Shown piece after piece: positions 1-13,507 of a DNA stretch of 64,000 nucleotides (position 1 is its first letter; the number at the start of each line of letters is the position of its first letter). The stretch lies in the NCBI RefSeq assembly GCF_009914755.1, contig NC_060945.1. The stretch is one strand, 5' to 3'. The notes under the pieces were generated by a model, which did not search any database, was not told where the DNA came from, and worked only from the letters and a program-made list of their open reading frames with translations. Source of the stretch: the human T2T-CHM13v2.0 reference genome, Homo sapiens. Position numbers and translations under genes: made by a program.

Positions 1-338
1 TGTGTTAGTCTGTTTGGGCTGCTATAACAAAATACTATAAACTGGGAGGCTTACAAAACAGAATTTTATTTTTCACAGTTCTGGAGGCTGGGAAGTCTGA
101 GATCCAGAAACGGGCAGATTCTGTGTCTAGAGAGGACCCACTTCCTGGTTCATGGATGGTGCCTTCTTGCCGTGTTCTCACATAGTAGAAGAAGCTAGTC
201 AGCTCTCTGGGGTCTCTTTTATAAGTATACTAAGTGCATTAATCACTTCCTAAAAGTGCCATTTTCTAAAACCATCACCTTGGGGTTAGGATTTTCACAT
301 ATGGATCTTGAGGGAACACAAACATTCAGATCATAGCA
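1..338 (-). mobile_element. MaLR LTR (MLT1A-like)
   Basis: Starts tgtgttagtctgtttgggctgctataacaaaatac, contains cacagttctggaggctgggaagtc, ends aaacattcagatcatagca; typical reverse-oriented MLT1A ends. Confidence 0.8.
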
Positions 339-780
339 GGTGGGTTCCCCAGAAGCAGACCCTGAGACAAGGATTCATGTGCAAGTGATTTGTTATTTAT
401 TATTTTCCTCCCAAGGGAAATCAGTAAGGAAATGAAGGAAGAATAGGGAAGGAGAGGAAGCCAAACAAGGTGCAATATTGGACAAAAGTCCTGCGGAAGA
501 TAGGTGTGGCCTGATCCCATAGGGGAACTTAGAGAATAACGTGAGGCAGAGGAGCTTGGCTTTCATACTCCTCTGCCCAGCAGCTAAGCACCATCCAGAG
601 AGAGGTAAAGTTGCAGGCATTTCTGAATCAACATGTGCAGGGGATGGGGGTGGGAAGCAGCTTCACTGACTGAGGGAAGTCTTCTAAAGAAGGGCTGGCC
701 ATCGGGAGCAAGAGCAGAGAGGTGCACAAAAATGGTAAAAGGGGTCTGAAGGGTCTCGGTGGATCACCAACACTGTGTAC
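339..780 (-). mobile_element. Old ERVL-type LTR remnant (LTR16-like)
   Basis: gggttccccagaagcagaccctgagacaaggattcatgtgcaagtgattt resembles the LTR16 end; boundaries approximate. Confidence 0.45.
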
Positions 781-906
781 TTCAACTCCAGCCTGCTCCC
801 TGGGAGGCTGTTTTCACAGTTTTGTTTTCACTTAGAAGATGCTTATTTCAAAGAGCGTGCACGCAGCTGCATCTTCAACCTTTTTCCATTGACTGGATTT
901 TTAAAT

Positions 907-940
907 ACACACACACACACTCACACACACACACACACAC
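907..940. repeat. (CA)n microsatellite with one interruption
   Basis: Directly visible. Confidence 0.95.
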
Positions 941-1194
941 CCCTCTATTCCAAAGGCCATCATCAAACCGGTTTATAACTGAAATTTAAATTAGGGTAAT
1001 ATCTCTTGGATAGTTTCACATTAAGGAATGATTAGTATTCCTCTTGCATAACTTCAAAGCTAAAAAATCCTCAGTGCCACCATTTTCATATTTCTTGATG
1101 CTATCTAGTCCCTTCTCAGAATCAGCAAATTAGGCTTGGGCAGGACCTGATCTCTGCTTCACCCTTGCTTTTATCTAAAATATTCTTGGCTTCT

Positions 1195-1420
1195 ATAATA
1201 ATGAAGCTAATACTTATACAATTATGCCTATGTGCTGGTCTAAATGCTCTTTGTATGTTAACTCATTTAATATTTGCAACAACTCTGTTGTAATAAGTAC
1301 CAGCATAATCCCTGTTTATGGGTGAAGAAACAGGCACAAATGGGTAAGTAGTAGAAGTGGGTTTCAAACACTCTGGCTCTAACTAAAGTCCATGTTTGTA
1401 ATCATTATGCTGAAATGCCT
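1195..1420 (-). mobile_element. MIR SINE remnant
   Basis: tgtattaactcatttaat-like core, ggtgaagaaacaggcacaaa. Confidence 0.6.
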
Positions 1421-3610
1421 CTCCACGAGGGATGAAAGTCCCTCCAAAAGCAGCCTACATTGATTTCTGTTCCATCTACTTTCTCATCAATGACTTCCTG
1501 TTAGCCTGAATTGAACTAATAAGTACTCAAGACTAGTAAATACTTAGTTCCTGAACTTGGTGATTCAGATAGCAGGAAGCCCAATGTAGCTTCCTTCCAG
1601 TTTCTATTCTAGGCCATCCGTGGCTTGCTTCATATTCTCTCCCAGCAGGACTCCACAGAGGCCAGGATTTTGACACTTTTGACTATTATAAATAAAACTG
1701 ATCAAAATACCTCCTACAAATCATATGACATAATAGGGAATTAATAGACCTTTTATTAAATGATTACAAATCATACTTAAAAAGGATATAACTGCACACT
1801 GTATGATATAAAGCTTTAAAACATGCACATAAATTGATATAAGAAGGCACTTATGAAGTCCATACAGTCAAATTTATTTACCTGTATTTATTTACAGGAT
1901 CTTCAGGGAATGTTTCAGGTGGAGGAAGGGGCTCTTGGTCAATGAGCCTGAAGACTGCATGGCAACCTTTGCCAGCTTTTGGCCTGAAAACTCAACTTCT
2001 TCATTTGAGATAATTCCTGTTTTATATACTTTCATTTGAGATATTCCTGGTGTATCAACTGAAACAAAATCTATGAAATATCAGATTCACAAAAATACAT
2101 TTTGAATATTGAACGTGGATAGATGTATTTAAATCTTTCCTATTTTTTGCACTTTCATAATATATATCATTCTTTATTTTTCTACTAATAATGATGAATC
2201 TACAGTATCTCAGGGCCTTATTTTCAATATCTTAACTGGATTTTTAATAAAAGTCTTACTGAATAGGTAACACTTGTTTCCAAAAACTATGCTCACCTGT
2301 CAATGATTCAGAATTCGTCTCTGTCATCCCTCTGCTACTTAGCATTCAGTGCCCTCTACTGCCCTCCCCGACTCCACCAAAATTCTCTCAGGCCCCAACA
2401 GTGGCATGGATTCTGCTCTCGATGCTTTCTTCCACTTTCCTGTCAAAATGCATTTAAATCCCATTCGCCATGAGTATTTTTATGAGCTGCTTCTCACTAG
2501 AGTGATTACGACTGTCCTTAAATGTGGCTTAATGTTTGCCCTCTGAAAGAATTTGAATTTTAACAGAGAACTTCTGAATACGCAAAACCTTCACCCCAAA
2601 TAATCAATCTTTAAGGGATTTCGGGCGCCAACTAGAAAAGTAATAAGGGCACAGACTGATCTGTTTGTATCTGCTAATAGAAACACGGATTTTTGTCTAT
2701 TAAAAAGTGATAGAAATGTCTATGATTAATGTTTTCTTTCCTATGCCACATCATGCGGTGCTTGCACATGGTTTTATGCTTGACTTCCCATTGCTAAGGA
2801 TAAAGAATCAAATTATATTAGAGCTTGTTTTTGGAAACCCAAGGGGTACATGTAGTTAATTAGAGATATGCCCTCTGTTTATTTTCCCTGTTTTTCCTAA
2901 GGGATGTAAAAAACATTTTCAATAGTATTCCTTCTGGAAATCTTATTTAGCCAGTGGGTAATTTTCCAGTGTTCTAACCAATTTAAATGGATGCTTTTAG
3001 AACTGTAAGCTTAATATTCATTCTAGAGCCTCTTTTTACTTAGGTAAAATTCTCAAATTGCTAGTATAAAAAGATATTTCCTTTTATTAAATGGGATTCA
3101 ACATCTCATTCCTGTAGCTTCAGTTCAGAGACATGGATTTAAAATACATTTAGTTTATTTTGACCATGTTAAGTGGATCTGCTTTTTTAAATTTATGCAA
3201 TTATGACAGATGTTTTATTGATTATTCTTTCATAAAATGCACAATAAGAGGCCGAGTATCAGAATAATTCCATATAATTTCACATGCTCCCCCAATGTTT
3301 TTGCATAGCTTAAATCCATAAAATTGTTTTGAAGGATTTTAATTTCTTTTTTGTTTGGCAGCTGTCCCATGTTTCGAAAAAGCCATTTCCTGGAACTTTG
3401 TCAGAGTATTTTTACTGGCTTATCTATATCTGTGTTCTGTTATGTGTGACCTCATTATATCCAAGGGGAGGTAGCAATACTGAAGTCAATAATATTCTTC
3501 ATAATTTCATAATAACATACATCTTTTGTTCTTTTATTACTGTCGGCACTATTATACTGTCATTCAGTGCTATTCATTTGCCAGCCTCCAGGATCATTGG
3601 TGTAGGTTGA

Positions 3611-3965
3611 GCGTCTTGGTCAATTTGTGCTGCTTTAACAGAATACCACAGTGGCTTGTACAACAAGCACTTATTTCTTACAGTTCCGGAGGCTGGAAGT
3701 CCAAGATCACGGTTCAGCTTGGTCAGGTTCTGCTGAAGGCCCTCTTTTGGGTTGCAGATGTCACCTTCTTGCTGTGTTTTCACATGGTGGGATGAGGGAG
3801 GGAGCTTTTTGGGGTTCTTTTATAAGGGCACTAATTACATTTATGAGGTTTCCATCCTCAAGAACTAATCACCTTCCAAAGGCCTGACCCCCTAATAACA
3901 TTACAATGGGGGTTAGGATTTCAACATAAGAACTTTGGTGAGACATAAACATTCAGTTTATTGCA
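3611..3965 (-). mobile_element. MaLR LTR (MLT1A-like)
   Basis: cttacagttccggaggctggaagtccaagatc ... cataaacattcagtttattgca; similar to the element at 1-338. Confidence 0.75.
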
Positions 3966-4074
3966 CTGAATATTTTCATAACAATCCACTTACTCCCATA
4001 CAACAGAGGATGCATGACTTCAGGGTTCTTAGCATGTATGTTTATACAGAATGACAAGAGGAACTTGAGATTAA

Positions 4075-4550
4075 GGGGTATCAGTTAAGACTGCATTTGG
4101 CTTTATGTCACAGAAACTCAACTCTAGAAGCTTAACTGAATAGGGTTTTCTTTCTCTGCTTTTAAAAGAAGAGTAAACTCAGTAACCAGGGCTAATCAGC
4201 TGCTCAAGAAAAGTCATCAAGCACCTGAGCTTCTTCCTAGCTTCCTGCTCTGCTATGCTTAGCCTGTAGTTTTCATCCTCATGATTGAAAGAAAAGAGCT
4301 CCTCCTCCAGTCATTCAAGGAAGGTGGACAGAGGGCATAAGCGCAGCTGATTCAGCCTTTTGTTATCAGGAAAGTAAAAACTTTCCTGGAAATTGTATTG
4401 AGTCCATATTTGCTTATATGTGATTGAGAAGGACTAGGTCACATAGCTAATGCAATCTGGAAAGGCATGTTTTAAGTTGGTACATTGCACATTTAATCAG
4501 GATTATGTTAGAAAGAAAGGGATATTGGGTAGACAAAGCAGTGTCTGTCA
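4075..4550 (-). mobile_element. Old MaLR LTR remnant (MLT1J/K-like)
   Basis: tcagttaagactgcatttggctttatgtcacagaaactc ... aggactaggtcacatagc; degenerate. Confidence 0.45.
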
Positions 4551-5685
4551 CAAAGGGATTAAGGGCAAGGTAAGTGTATGGAAAATAAAGCATCCCTGAT
4601 CTAAAGGTCAGTCCTGAAGCTACTATGATTAATAAAGAGGGTGTTTCCATGAAGTAGGAACCACCTGAACCAGGTCACTGCAGGATTGTCATCTCACCAT
4701 GATTTTGAACTTGCTGATGCAGAAAACTGAACTATAGACACATTGGTGGTGATAACAGCTTTAGGATGCACATTCACCTGAAGCTGCAGAGGCAGGGGGA
4801 ACACTGGAAAGATAATTTATTGATTTACAATGAGGATATAGCTAACAAGTGTTTCAAATATTGATGCTTATTAACCAACCCATCTCTTCCAGTAGGTAAA
4901 TGTACATGTAAAGGCAAATAATTATTGGAAAGAAATCAAAGAGAAATCCAGGTTGGAAGACCTCTATAGCTAATGTAGTAGAACCAAACCATGGTAGCCT
5001 GTGCTTCCATCCTTCTCCTGTCCTGCAGGTTAACAGGGCCCAGGAGTAAAATACTGAGTCCCAGGCAGGGCAAGGGATATGATGCTCCTATTTGTACCTC
5101 TAGCTTTCCCTTCACTGGCTTTAGGAGTTGATTTAGCTTCTCTTTACTACATCCACATTCTTTCCTTTGATGTGTTAATATAGTCACTCTCCTTACCCCC
5201 AAGTCTTGATCTGGTGAATCAGTCAGGGAACTGATAGAAAACAGATGGAACCATTTACAAGGATGAGGGCAGGGAACCCACCAAAGGGGTGATGCACCCT
5301 AGGGCTAACCAAAGTAGGGAGATACCACTACCCTTAGAGTGATGTTGCTTTGGCTTTAGCTGTAGGTGAAGGTGGCCTGGCAGGAGCTGGGGACTTTGGT
5401 AGAGGAATACAGCCATAGCCAACCCTTGGCCTGGCAGGTAGACAGCTGAGTTCCTGTAGACATCTGCCGTTATCCGTATCAACCAGAAGTGAGGGAGCAT
5501 GGGGAATCCATGAATACCATCCTAAAAGGCCTGCCTCCTAGGGTACAGAGAAGTGTGGAGGAGGCTGGAGAGGGAATCTGGAGCGATCAAGGCTGAAAAC
5601 CCAGCACCCCTAATCAATTGACTGTTCTATCTCTTCATGCTAATAACCATCTCTCTCCTCTGATCCAGTAGTTCTTATTCAAAGA

Positions 5686-5797
5686 TGAATCATTTTCCTC
5701 CCTTTCCAAAGTGCTCCCTATGTATGGCACCTCAGTCCAGGTGAATCATTTTCCTCCCTTTCCAAAGTGATCCCTATGTATGGCACCTCAGTCCAGG
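5686..5797. repeat. 56-bp tandem duplication (2 copies, 1 mismatch)
   Basis: tgaatcattttcctccctttccaaagtg(c/a)tccctatgtatggcacctcagtccagg at 5686-5741 and 5742-5797. Confidence 0.95.
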
Positions 5798-6109
5798 GAA
5801 TAGGCTGTTATGATGACAACCTGTGTCTACGGTCTCTCCTCTAGGAGTTCAGTACTTCTTCTCATGGTGGCCACTCAGACCTCAGTTAGCTCATGATTGA
5901 ATTATCTGGCTTATCTTTTTACCCAGATGCCAGGAAGCTATAGACAAATCTGTAGCTCATCTTTATCAAAGATACATGTTTTGCAATATGTATGTTTTAG
6001 CTTCTTTCCTGATTCCATTTTTTGATTTCCACTTTGTTCCTTTATTCCTTTACACTTTCTTTTAATGTATACGCACATTTCTCATATTGGGGCATGAATA
6101 TCTTTAGGT

Positions 6110-6346
6110 CAGGGTTTCTCAGCCTTGGCTCTGTGGAAACTTGGGCGAGATAATTATTTGTTCTGAATGGCGAATAACGTATCCTTATTCACAAAGTATT
6201 TTATCCATGGGTACTGTCCTGTGCATTGTAGAATGTTTGGCAGCATCTCTGGCCTCTACCTCCTAGAGGCTAGAACCACCCACCCCATAACAATATCTCC
6301 TGCTGCAGGGGGTGGGGGGTGCAAAATTGGCCTCTATTGAGAACCT
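6110..6346 (-). mobile_element. MER20 (hAT-Charlie) DNA transposon
   Basis: cagggtttctcagcctt ... ctgtcctgtgcattgtagaatgtttggcagcatctctggcctctacc ... ttgagaacc. Confidence 0.7.
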
Positions 6347-6884
6347 GAATGAGAACCTGATTGAGGACACTGAATGAAGTGTTATATGAAGAGGTGAAGT
6401 AAAAATATGAGTCAAAATATGGCACCTCTCTTGGTTGTGCCAGTTTTGCATTAAAAAATGGAGAATACATTTATTAAAACAAGTATGTTATAGAGTAGCC
6501 TTTACTACTTCCAGAACGTTTCAGAATAAAAGATCAGGAGCTGCAGGCTACAATCCTTGGTGTAAACACGAACAAATACATAGAACAAAGCTATCAGACT
6601 GGATTTTTCTGTCTTTTGCAGACGTGTGACTATGGTTGAAGGTGCTGTCTCTGATTCAGTACCAAGCATAAGCATCACTGACTCTGCAGGAAGGCACTGG
6701 CACCAAACATTTAGTAACTTTTCCGCAGGCTTGAGGGATTGGTTACATGAAGCTTTGGGCAGTCTTCTGTCACCTTTCTGGCTGGAACTCTACTTTCTTC
6801 TCCCCTCACTCCTCCCCAGTTGGGTGCAGAGCAGTCAGGCTACATCCAAGATTCTGAGGGTCTCACTTTCTATCCCCAGACATT

Positions 6885-7042
6885 TATATGTATGTATATG
6901 TGTGTGTATACATATATTTGTGTGTGTGTATATATGGTGATAAATGTATAAATATTATTATAAAACACTTAAACATTTATTATAAACTGTTATGTTAATA
7001 TAAAAAATATATGTATGTACATATACATATAATACATATAAA
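6885..7042. repeat. (TA/TG)-rich low-complexity tract
   Basis: Directly visible. Confidence 0.8.
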
Positions 7043-7344
7043 AACACCTTGCAGCATTAGCTTATGAGAGAAGAATTTCTCTACTTCATTAAATAAATAT
7101 ATGTAACAGAATGAGAGAAAATCTGTAGCACAATGAATTCTAATGGAGGACAATTTCAAGTGTCATTTTAGGTCTAGGAGCTTGACACAGGTTTAAAATG
7201 AAACAGCCTTTTTCAATATTTTCTGTTTTATTTACTGAACTTTCCTCTAAGTCATGATCATTGGGGTTGTGGTTCTTCTTACAAAGTTAACTCCATTTTC
7301 ATGCTCCATTTTAATCATCTGATATTTTATTTAATCTTGATTTT

Positions 7345-7805
7345 GGTTATCTATTGCTATATTAAAAAAACTGCAAAATTTCATGACTTTAAACAATAAT
7401 CATTTTACTATTTCATAATTCTATGTGTTGGCTGGGCTCAGCTGGTAAGTTCTTTTGTATAGACTTGACCAAAGAACATCCTAGATGGCTCATTCACATG
7501 ACTGGCACTTGATGCTCAGTACTGGCTGGTTGCTCTGCTGGGGCTCCTGAGTGAAGAGGCCACACATGCCCCATGCATGGTGGTTTGGTTCTGAGAGAGG
7601 GTGTCCCAAGAGAGCTCATTTGAAGAAAGAGGAAGTAGAGGCTAACAGTCTTCTAAAAGACTAGAACCAGAACTGGCAGAGCATCACTTCTGCAGTGTCT
7701 TCTTGGTGATGCAGTCACAGGGCCAGATTCAAGATGATGAAAAATAAACTCCCATTCTTGACGGGGAAAACGATAAAAATTTTGTGGCCATCTTTAGTCC
7801 ACTGC
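7345..7805 (-). mobile_element. Old MaLR LTR (MLT1F/H-like)
   Basis: gttatctattgctat ... ggctgggctcagctgg ... catcacttctgcagtgtcttcttggtgatgcagtcacagggccagattcaag. Confidence 0.55.
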
Positions 7806-9104
7806 AACCTCCTACTGGTTTTCAGAAGCGCAATTTTTTTTGGATATTTGGGCCACTTTGGTTGTCATTAAATCTGGTATCTGAGCAGCACCTCTTTCAC
7901 TGATTTGGCCCCTGTCCCACTGAGTTCTTCTGCTTCAAAACTGGCTATTTCCTTTTCATTTTTCTGCCTTTATCTTAATTTTACACTTTGTAACATTTCA
8001 AACCAGAGGCTACACCTCATCTTTGATTTCAGTTATCAGGTAAACATGAGGGTGTGTTTACTCATCTGCTCCAGGAAGTTCTCATTGTCTTCTAATAAAA
8101 TATGTTCATTTTCCATAAAACTTTCCAACCTGGAGGCAGGGGTGCTATGACTTTAATCCATAGTCACATCTCAGGGTACAGGTGTCAAAGAGCAGTTGTT
8201 CAAGTGGGAGACTTGTGTTGATCTGGGTAATCCCCCACCTTTAAAGCCTAGTTGTTTTGCCCCACCCCCCCTCCAATATTTTCTTGACTTAGTGAGTGAA
8301 TACTTAAAGACAAAAGGAGCTAAGGCAATGAAGATGGAGGGAATGAAGTTCTGGGAAGGCTGGAGGGGTATGCAGATTTGTAGGGGTTACAGATGTCATG
8401 CTGCATCTGTGGAAATGAGGATTCAAAACCAAAGGTGGGTAGGGAATAAATGTGGATGTGTGGATCTTTCCTGAGGTTAGGGAGGAGGACAGGGGACAAG
8501 GGTTACACTGACTACACATCAAAGTTTTTTCAGGATATGTATTATGTCTTACTGTCCAAATATTATGCTATGGTGTTCCTTATAGCCATGAACATGTCAC
8601 CTATCTGTATGATTTAGCTCCCTCATTTTTGAGAGTCAGGCAAGACAACCTGCTATTAGAGGAGAAAATGATGGTGTTTGTATCTAGGTTTTATTAAAAA
8701 TCATTCCCTAACTATGGCTTATAGTTATTTAAATTGTTTTCAGAGTTAATGATAAGATTTTATTTTGGTAATAAAATCAGTATGATGGCCAGAAAGAAGA
8801 TATGAATGTTTGGAAAAATTGGAAATATCATTTTTGAAAGAAATGTGACAATGCACATATATAACATCTTGCGAATGGTATTGTATATCACCAAACCTGC
8901 TCACAGCAGGAAAACTAGCCATCACTTCTCACAGTCAATGAGAAGTATAAATCAAGGACATAGCAGTAAGCTGTGATACCCAAGCTTCACGGATAAATTC
9001 TCCTAAAGAATAATGCACTAAAAACAAAACTACATGACAAAAAAAAGCACTAATTGCAAATCACTGTGAAACAGTAGCACAAAATCTTTATATTGTGCTA
9101 CTAG

Positions 9105-9624
9105 TGACAGCAACAGAAGACAGTCAAACGCCTAGGCAGATAGAGGCAGGTCCCCGGTGAAACCCCACCTCCAAGCTGAAGACAGTTTAAAGCCTGAAAG
9201 CCAAACTACAAGTTAAATTTTCAGACTAGATTGAGAACTTGTCTTCCTGTTTGGCACGCTTTCCTCTGATCTCCACCCTTCACCTATTTTACGTATACTT
9301 ACCCTTTCTAATTGGTTTTCTACACTGTCGTGCCTGCCTTTGAGTGGTGTCTTTGCTTTAACCTTTTTTTGCAAACTCACAAACCAATCAGCATGCACTC
9401 CCCATTCTGAGTGCATAAAAGCCCCAGGCTCAGCCACATGAGAGGGGATTTTCCCACTTTCGGGTAGGGGAACTGCTCCCAGCATTCGCTCTTTGCTGAG
9501 AGCTTTCCTTTTGCTTAATCAATTCCACTCCACTCACTTTCCGGTGTCTGTGTGCCTAGTTTTTCCTGGTTGTGAGACAAGAACTTGGACCTAGCTGAGC
9601 TAAGGAGCAGAAAGACTGCCAAGA
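9105..9624 (+). mobile_element. ERV1-class solo LTR (LTR9-like, tentative)
   Basis: TG start, 4-bp TSD CTAG (9101-9104 / 9625-9628), internal CCAAT (aaccaatcag ~9382) and TATA-like cataaaa (~9414), end gtgagacaagaacttggacctagctgagc. Confidence 0.75.
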
Positions 9625-9677
9625 CTAGGCTACTTGTCCCAGTTTCAAACTATTATCAATACTAATTGAAAGCAATC

Positions 9678-9978
<301 letters not shown>

Positions 9979-10649
9979 GCGATCAGAATTTTTTTTCTTG
10001 GTCCCCAAATCTCAACATTTTTTTTCCCAATAGGAATTAGGTAGAAGCACTATGTCTCATTATAACCTCAAGATAATTTTTAAAAATCTGTTTTAGTAAT
10101 AGATTTTAATAAACATATGAGTTAGTATAAAAGATCTTGAGGCTGATGTTCTTCAAAGTTGACCATGATGTAGCCACTTTTCTTGATTCCGAGTATTGCA
10201 GGATTACTCAAGGTTTTGTTGGCCTGGCAGCTAATAATGTTAATGCTAACTCTGGAAGTCCAGAAGACATAGGTCAGAACATACAGTTGTTTGTGAATAT
10301 TTACACTGACATACAGGTTTTAAAAGAAATACATTCTAAGTGGTTTTGGTTCAAAGCAAGAGAATACTGAAAACAAAAAGTGCCACATCTTTCACTGAGC
10401 ATTTTACTGCATTCATTCCTTCATTCAACCTACTATCTGTTTCCACTCCCATTCCTTCTCAATACTAGAATTAGCTTTTAAAAATAACCACATGACTTAG
10501 AAACCTCTACTCACTTATTGCAGACCACGGGATGAAGTCCAAACTCCAGGTGCTGTGCATGAGGCCCTTCTCATACTGACTCGGTTTCATTTCATTCTCC
10601 AGTTTCATTTTTCGTCCTGTCCCTACTACATGCCATAAGCTTGAAGACC

Positions 10650-11115
<466 letters not shown>

Positions 11116-11282
11116 TCACTCACTTGACTTGATACTCTTAGCACATCTGTATACCTTTGTGAGAACTTCTCAAATAATTAAACCTATCAGGGCATACATC
11201 ATAATTTTCAGGCTAGAAAATGTCACTGCTATTATCTAAAGAAGCAAGAGTTCCTCCCAAAGAGGAGGGTCTGATCTTCCCC

Positions 11283-11331
11283 TAGAAAAAACTGCACAGG
11301 TGTAGAAAAAACTGCATAGGTGTAGAAAAAA
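11283..11331. repeat. 20-bp tandem repeat (~2.5 copies)
   Basis: tagaaaaaactgca(c/t)aggtg x2 plus a partial copy. Confidence 0.9.
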
Positions 11332-12830
11332 GACACTGCAATTCCACTGGCTCAAGGTGGAAGGAGAATAAAGCCTCGGACACTCCCATGTGTCTGCAAG
11401 AACTTCAATCCTTCTTTCATGGTGTATTTCCAAGTGTCCTTTCCTCCTGTTTCACTAAATATCTGCACTCTCACCATGAACTGAGGCAGCCTGGGATGCG
11501 AGGTACCTCCTACCTCTGGACCCTATCTAGACTGCTGGGTTCCACTCTTCCCAATCAAGACCCAATGCAAATGTCACCTGCTCCAGGAAGCCTCCCCTAA
11601 TTCTAGGTCATAATGTATCACTTCACCCCTCGCACTCTCATCCAATTTCACTTGTGTGATTTTCTCATGTATTTTGGATGTAGCTCAAACGTCCCCAAGT
11701 CCCACAGCCTGTGGGTGCAAATGCAGTCATGTTAGTCGTAATACCTGAATTATTATCTTGGTATCCTTTTTGCCCCGGGAACTCCAGGGCTGTGTTCTTG
11801 TTGCTGGCTCCAAAGCTAACAATAAAATCCCTTCACACAAATCGTCCTTTGGCTTCAGACCTCAAGGTCCGTGTCATCTCCGCAGGAACCCTCGTGGGGT
11901 TGGCGTGCCCAGTCCCCTCCGCTGCGCGTGCATCCCGCTCCGCTGACAGCCAGTGCTTTGGTTCTCCAGAGGTGTTAAATGGCTTGGGAACATAATTTCA
12001 AAACGGACAGTTGGATAAACACCAGAATAAGCACCAGAAGATGACAGCGGAACCAAGGCTCGAGATGGGCCGGCTGACACCACTGGGCGCTGAACCTGGC
12101 TGGAAGCTTCCTGGCAGCGACAGCGAAAAGGGAACACCTGTCGTGGGCGCCCTTGTTTCACTGTCAGTAAGAAGTAGAGCAACTGCTAGACGCGCTCCAC
12201 AAAACCCTGGACGCACTTCATACACACCCCCACCCCAGCAAGCTCAAGTACCCTGTGAACCTGGACGCCCACCACCCCCAGGGCAGGCAGCGAGGAGCTC
12301 TTCAAGGGGTAAAGCGACCCCTGTGGGGCCAGCGCCCGTCCTCTCTCCTGCTGTTCGCGGGCACCCGGGCACGCGGCGACTCGGCTGAATTAGGGCGTCC
12401 TGCAGCTCCCGAGGCGAGGAGGCGCTTGGCCTTTCCGTTCCGCCCTCAGAAGGGAGAGGAGAGGTGGTCCTCGAGTGGGAGTCAGTTCAGGATGCGGGCT
12501 GTGCCACGCGCGGAGGTCCGGGGACCCCACCGCCGCCTCCTCGAGGCCCGCCCCGCCCCTTACGACCCGTCCCTGCAACCCCCCGCGTGGGCTTCCGGCC
12601 GCGGCGACCCCTGCCCCGCGCTATTGCGCGCGCTCGTTCGCTGACAGAGGCTTCGAGGGCGGCAGGGCGGGGCTTCGGCGCCGGGGGCGGGGCCTTCAGC
12701 GGGCGGGCGGGGTTTTGGCGCCGCGAGGTGGCGGCAGCAGAGCGGCGCAGAAGGGAGGGGGCGGCTGGCCGCGCGGAAGGAGTGAGTCACCTGACCGCTG
12801 CCCTCGCCGCCCGCCGGGCGCTCTCGCTTC

Positions 12831-12862
12831 AGTCAGTCGGGCCGCGCCGCGCCTCAGCTCTG
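12831..12862 (+). other. BACH1: BACH1 non-coding exon 1a (start approximate)
   Basis: Inr-like start and a strong donor CTG|GTGAGT at 12862/12863; agrees with the 5'UTR as I recall it. Confidence 0.8.
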
Positions 12863-13299
12863 GTGAGTGGCTCGGCCGTCCCGCCGGCCCTTCTCCGGGA
12901 GGGTTGGCGCGGTCAGGGCCGCGGGCCTGTGAGGGGAGGCCGGCGGACAGGTCCAGTGAAGGCGCGGGCGGGCCGGGGGCGGCTCTTTCTGGGCTGGGCG
13001 GGGCGCGGGGGGCACGTAGCGGGGCCCGCGGGGGGCGCCGGCGGCCGGGATCCTGGAAGTGGCCGCGACGCCGGAAGGGGCGTCCCGTCGGCGGCCGAAC
13101 CCCCTGCACTGCCGGAGCTGTTGTTTACCCGCGCGCGCCGTACTTTACCCGGGGCGGGCGGGGGCTGGGGGCCGCGGGGTCCCTGCCCCACCCCCCTCCC
13201 TGCCCTCGGGCGCCAGCCCGGCCCCTCGCCCGCGGCCCGCCCGGGCTGTGACACATCAGCACCGCCCTCGCGGCTGGGGCCCCGTATTGTCCTCCGCCG

Positions 13300-13507
13300 C
13301 CTCCCACCGCATGCCCAGCCTCGCGTCTACTCAGCCCGGTGGCTGTCGCGCGTGGAATCGCGTAAGAAAAGCCGAGTTTGTGGCTGGGGAGAGAAGGCCA
13401 CCGTGCTGAGCTGGATTTAGCGAAGACTGGTTTTGGGGACCGGAGAGCCCAGGACTCCCTTTGTTGGAGTTTTGCCCACGCGTTGTAATTAAGCCTCGCA
13501 CAATATG
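13300..13507 (+). other. BACH1: BACH1 alternative non-coding exon 1b (start approximate)
   Basis: Donor ATG|GTGAGA at 13507/13508 at the 3' edge of the CpG island; resembles a second 5'UTR variant (recall). Confidence 0.65.

Noticed and set aside
13011-13020. HRE-like TACGTG on the minus strand
   Set aside because: A single short core inside a CpG island is too common to call without ChIP data.
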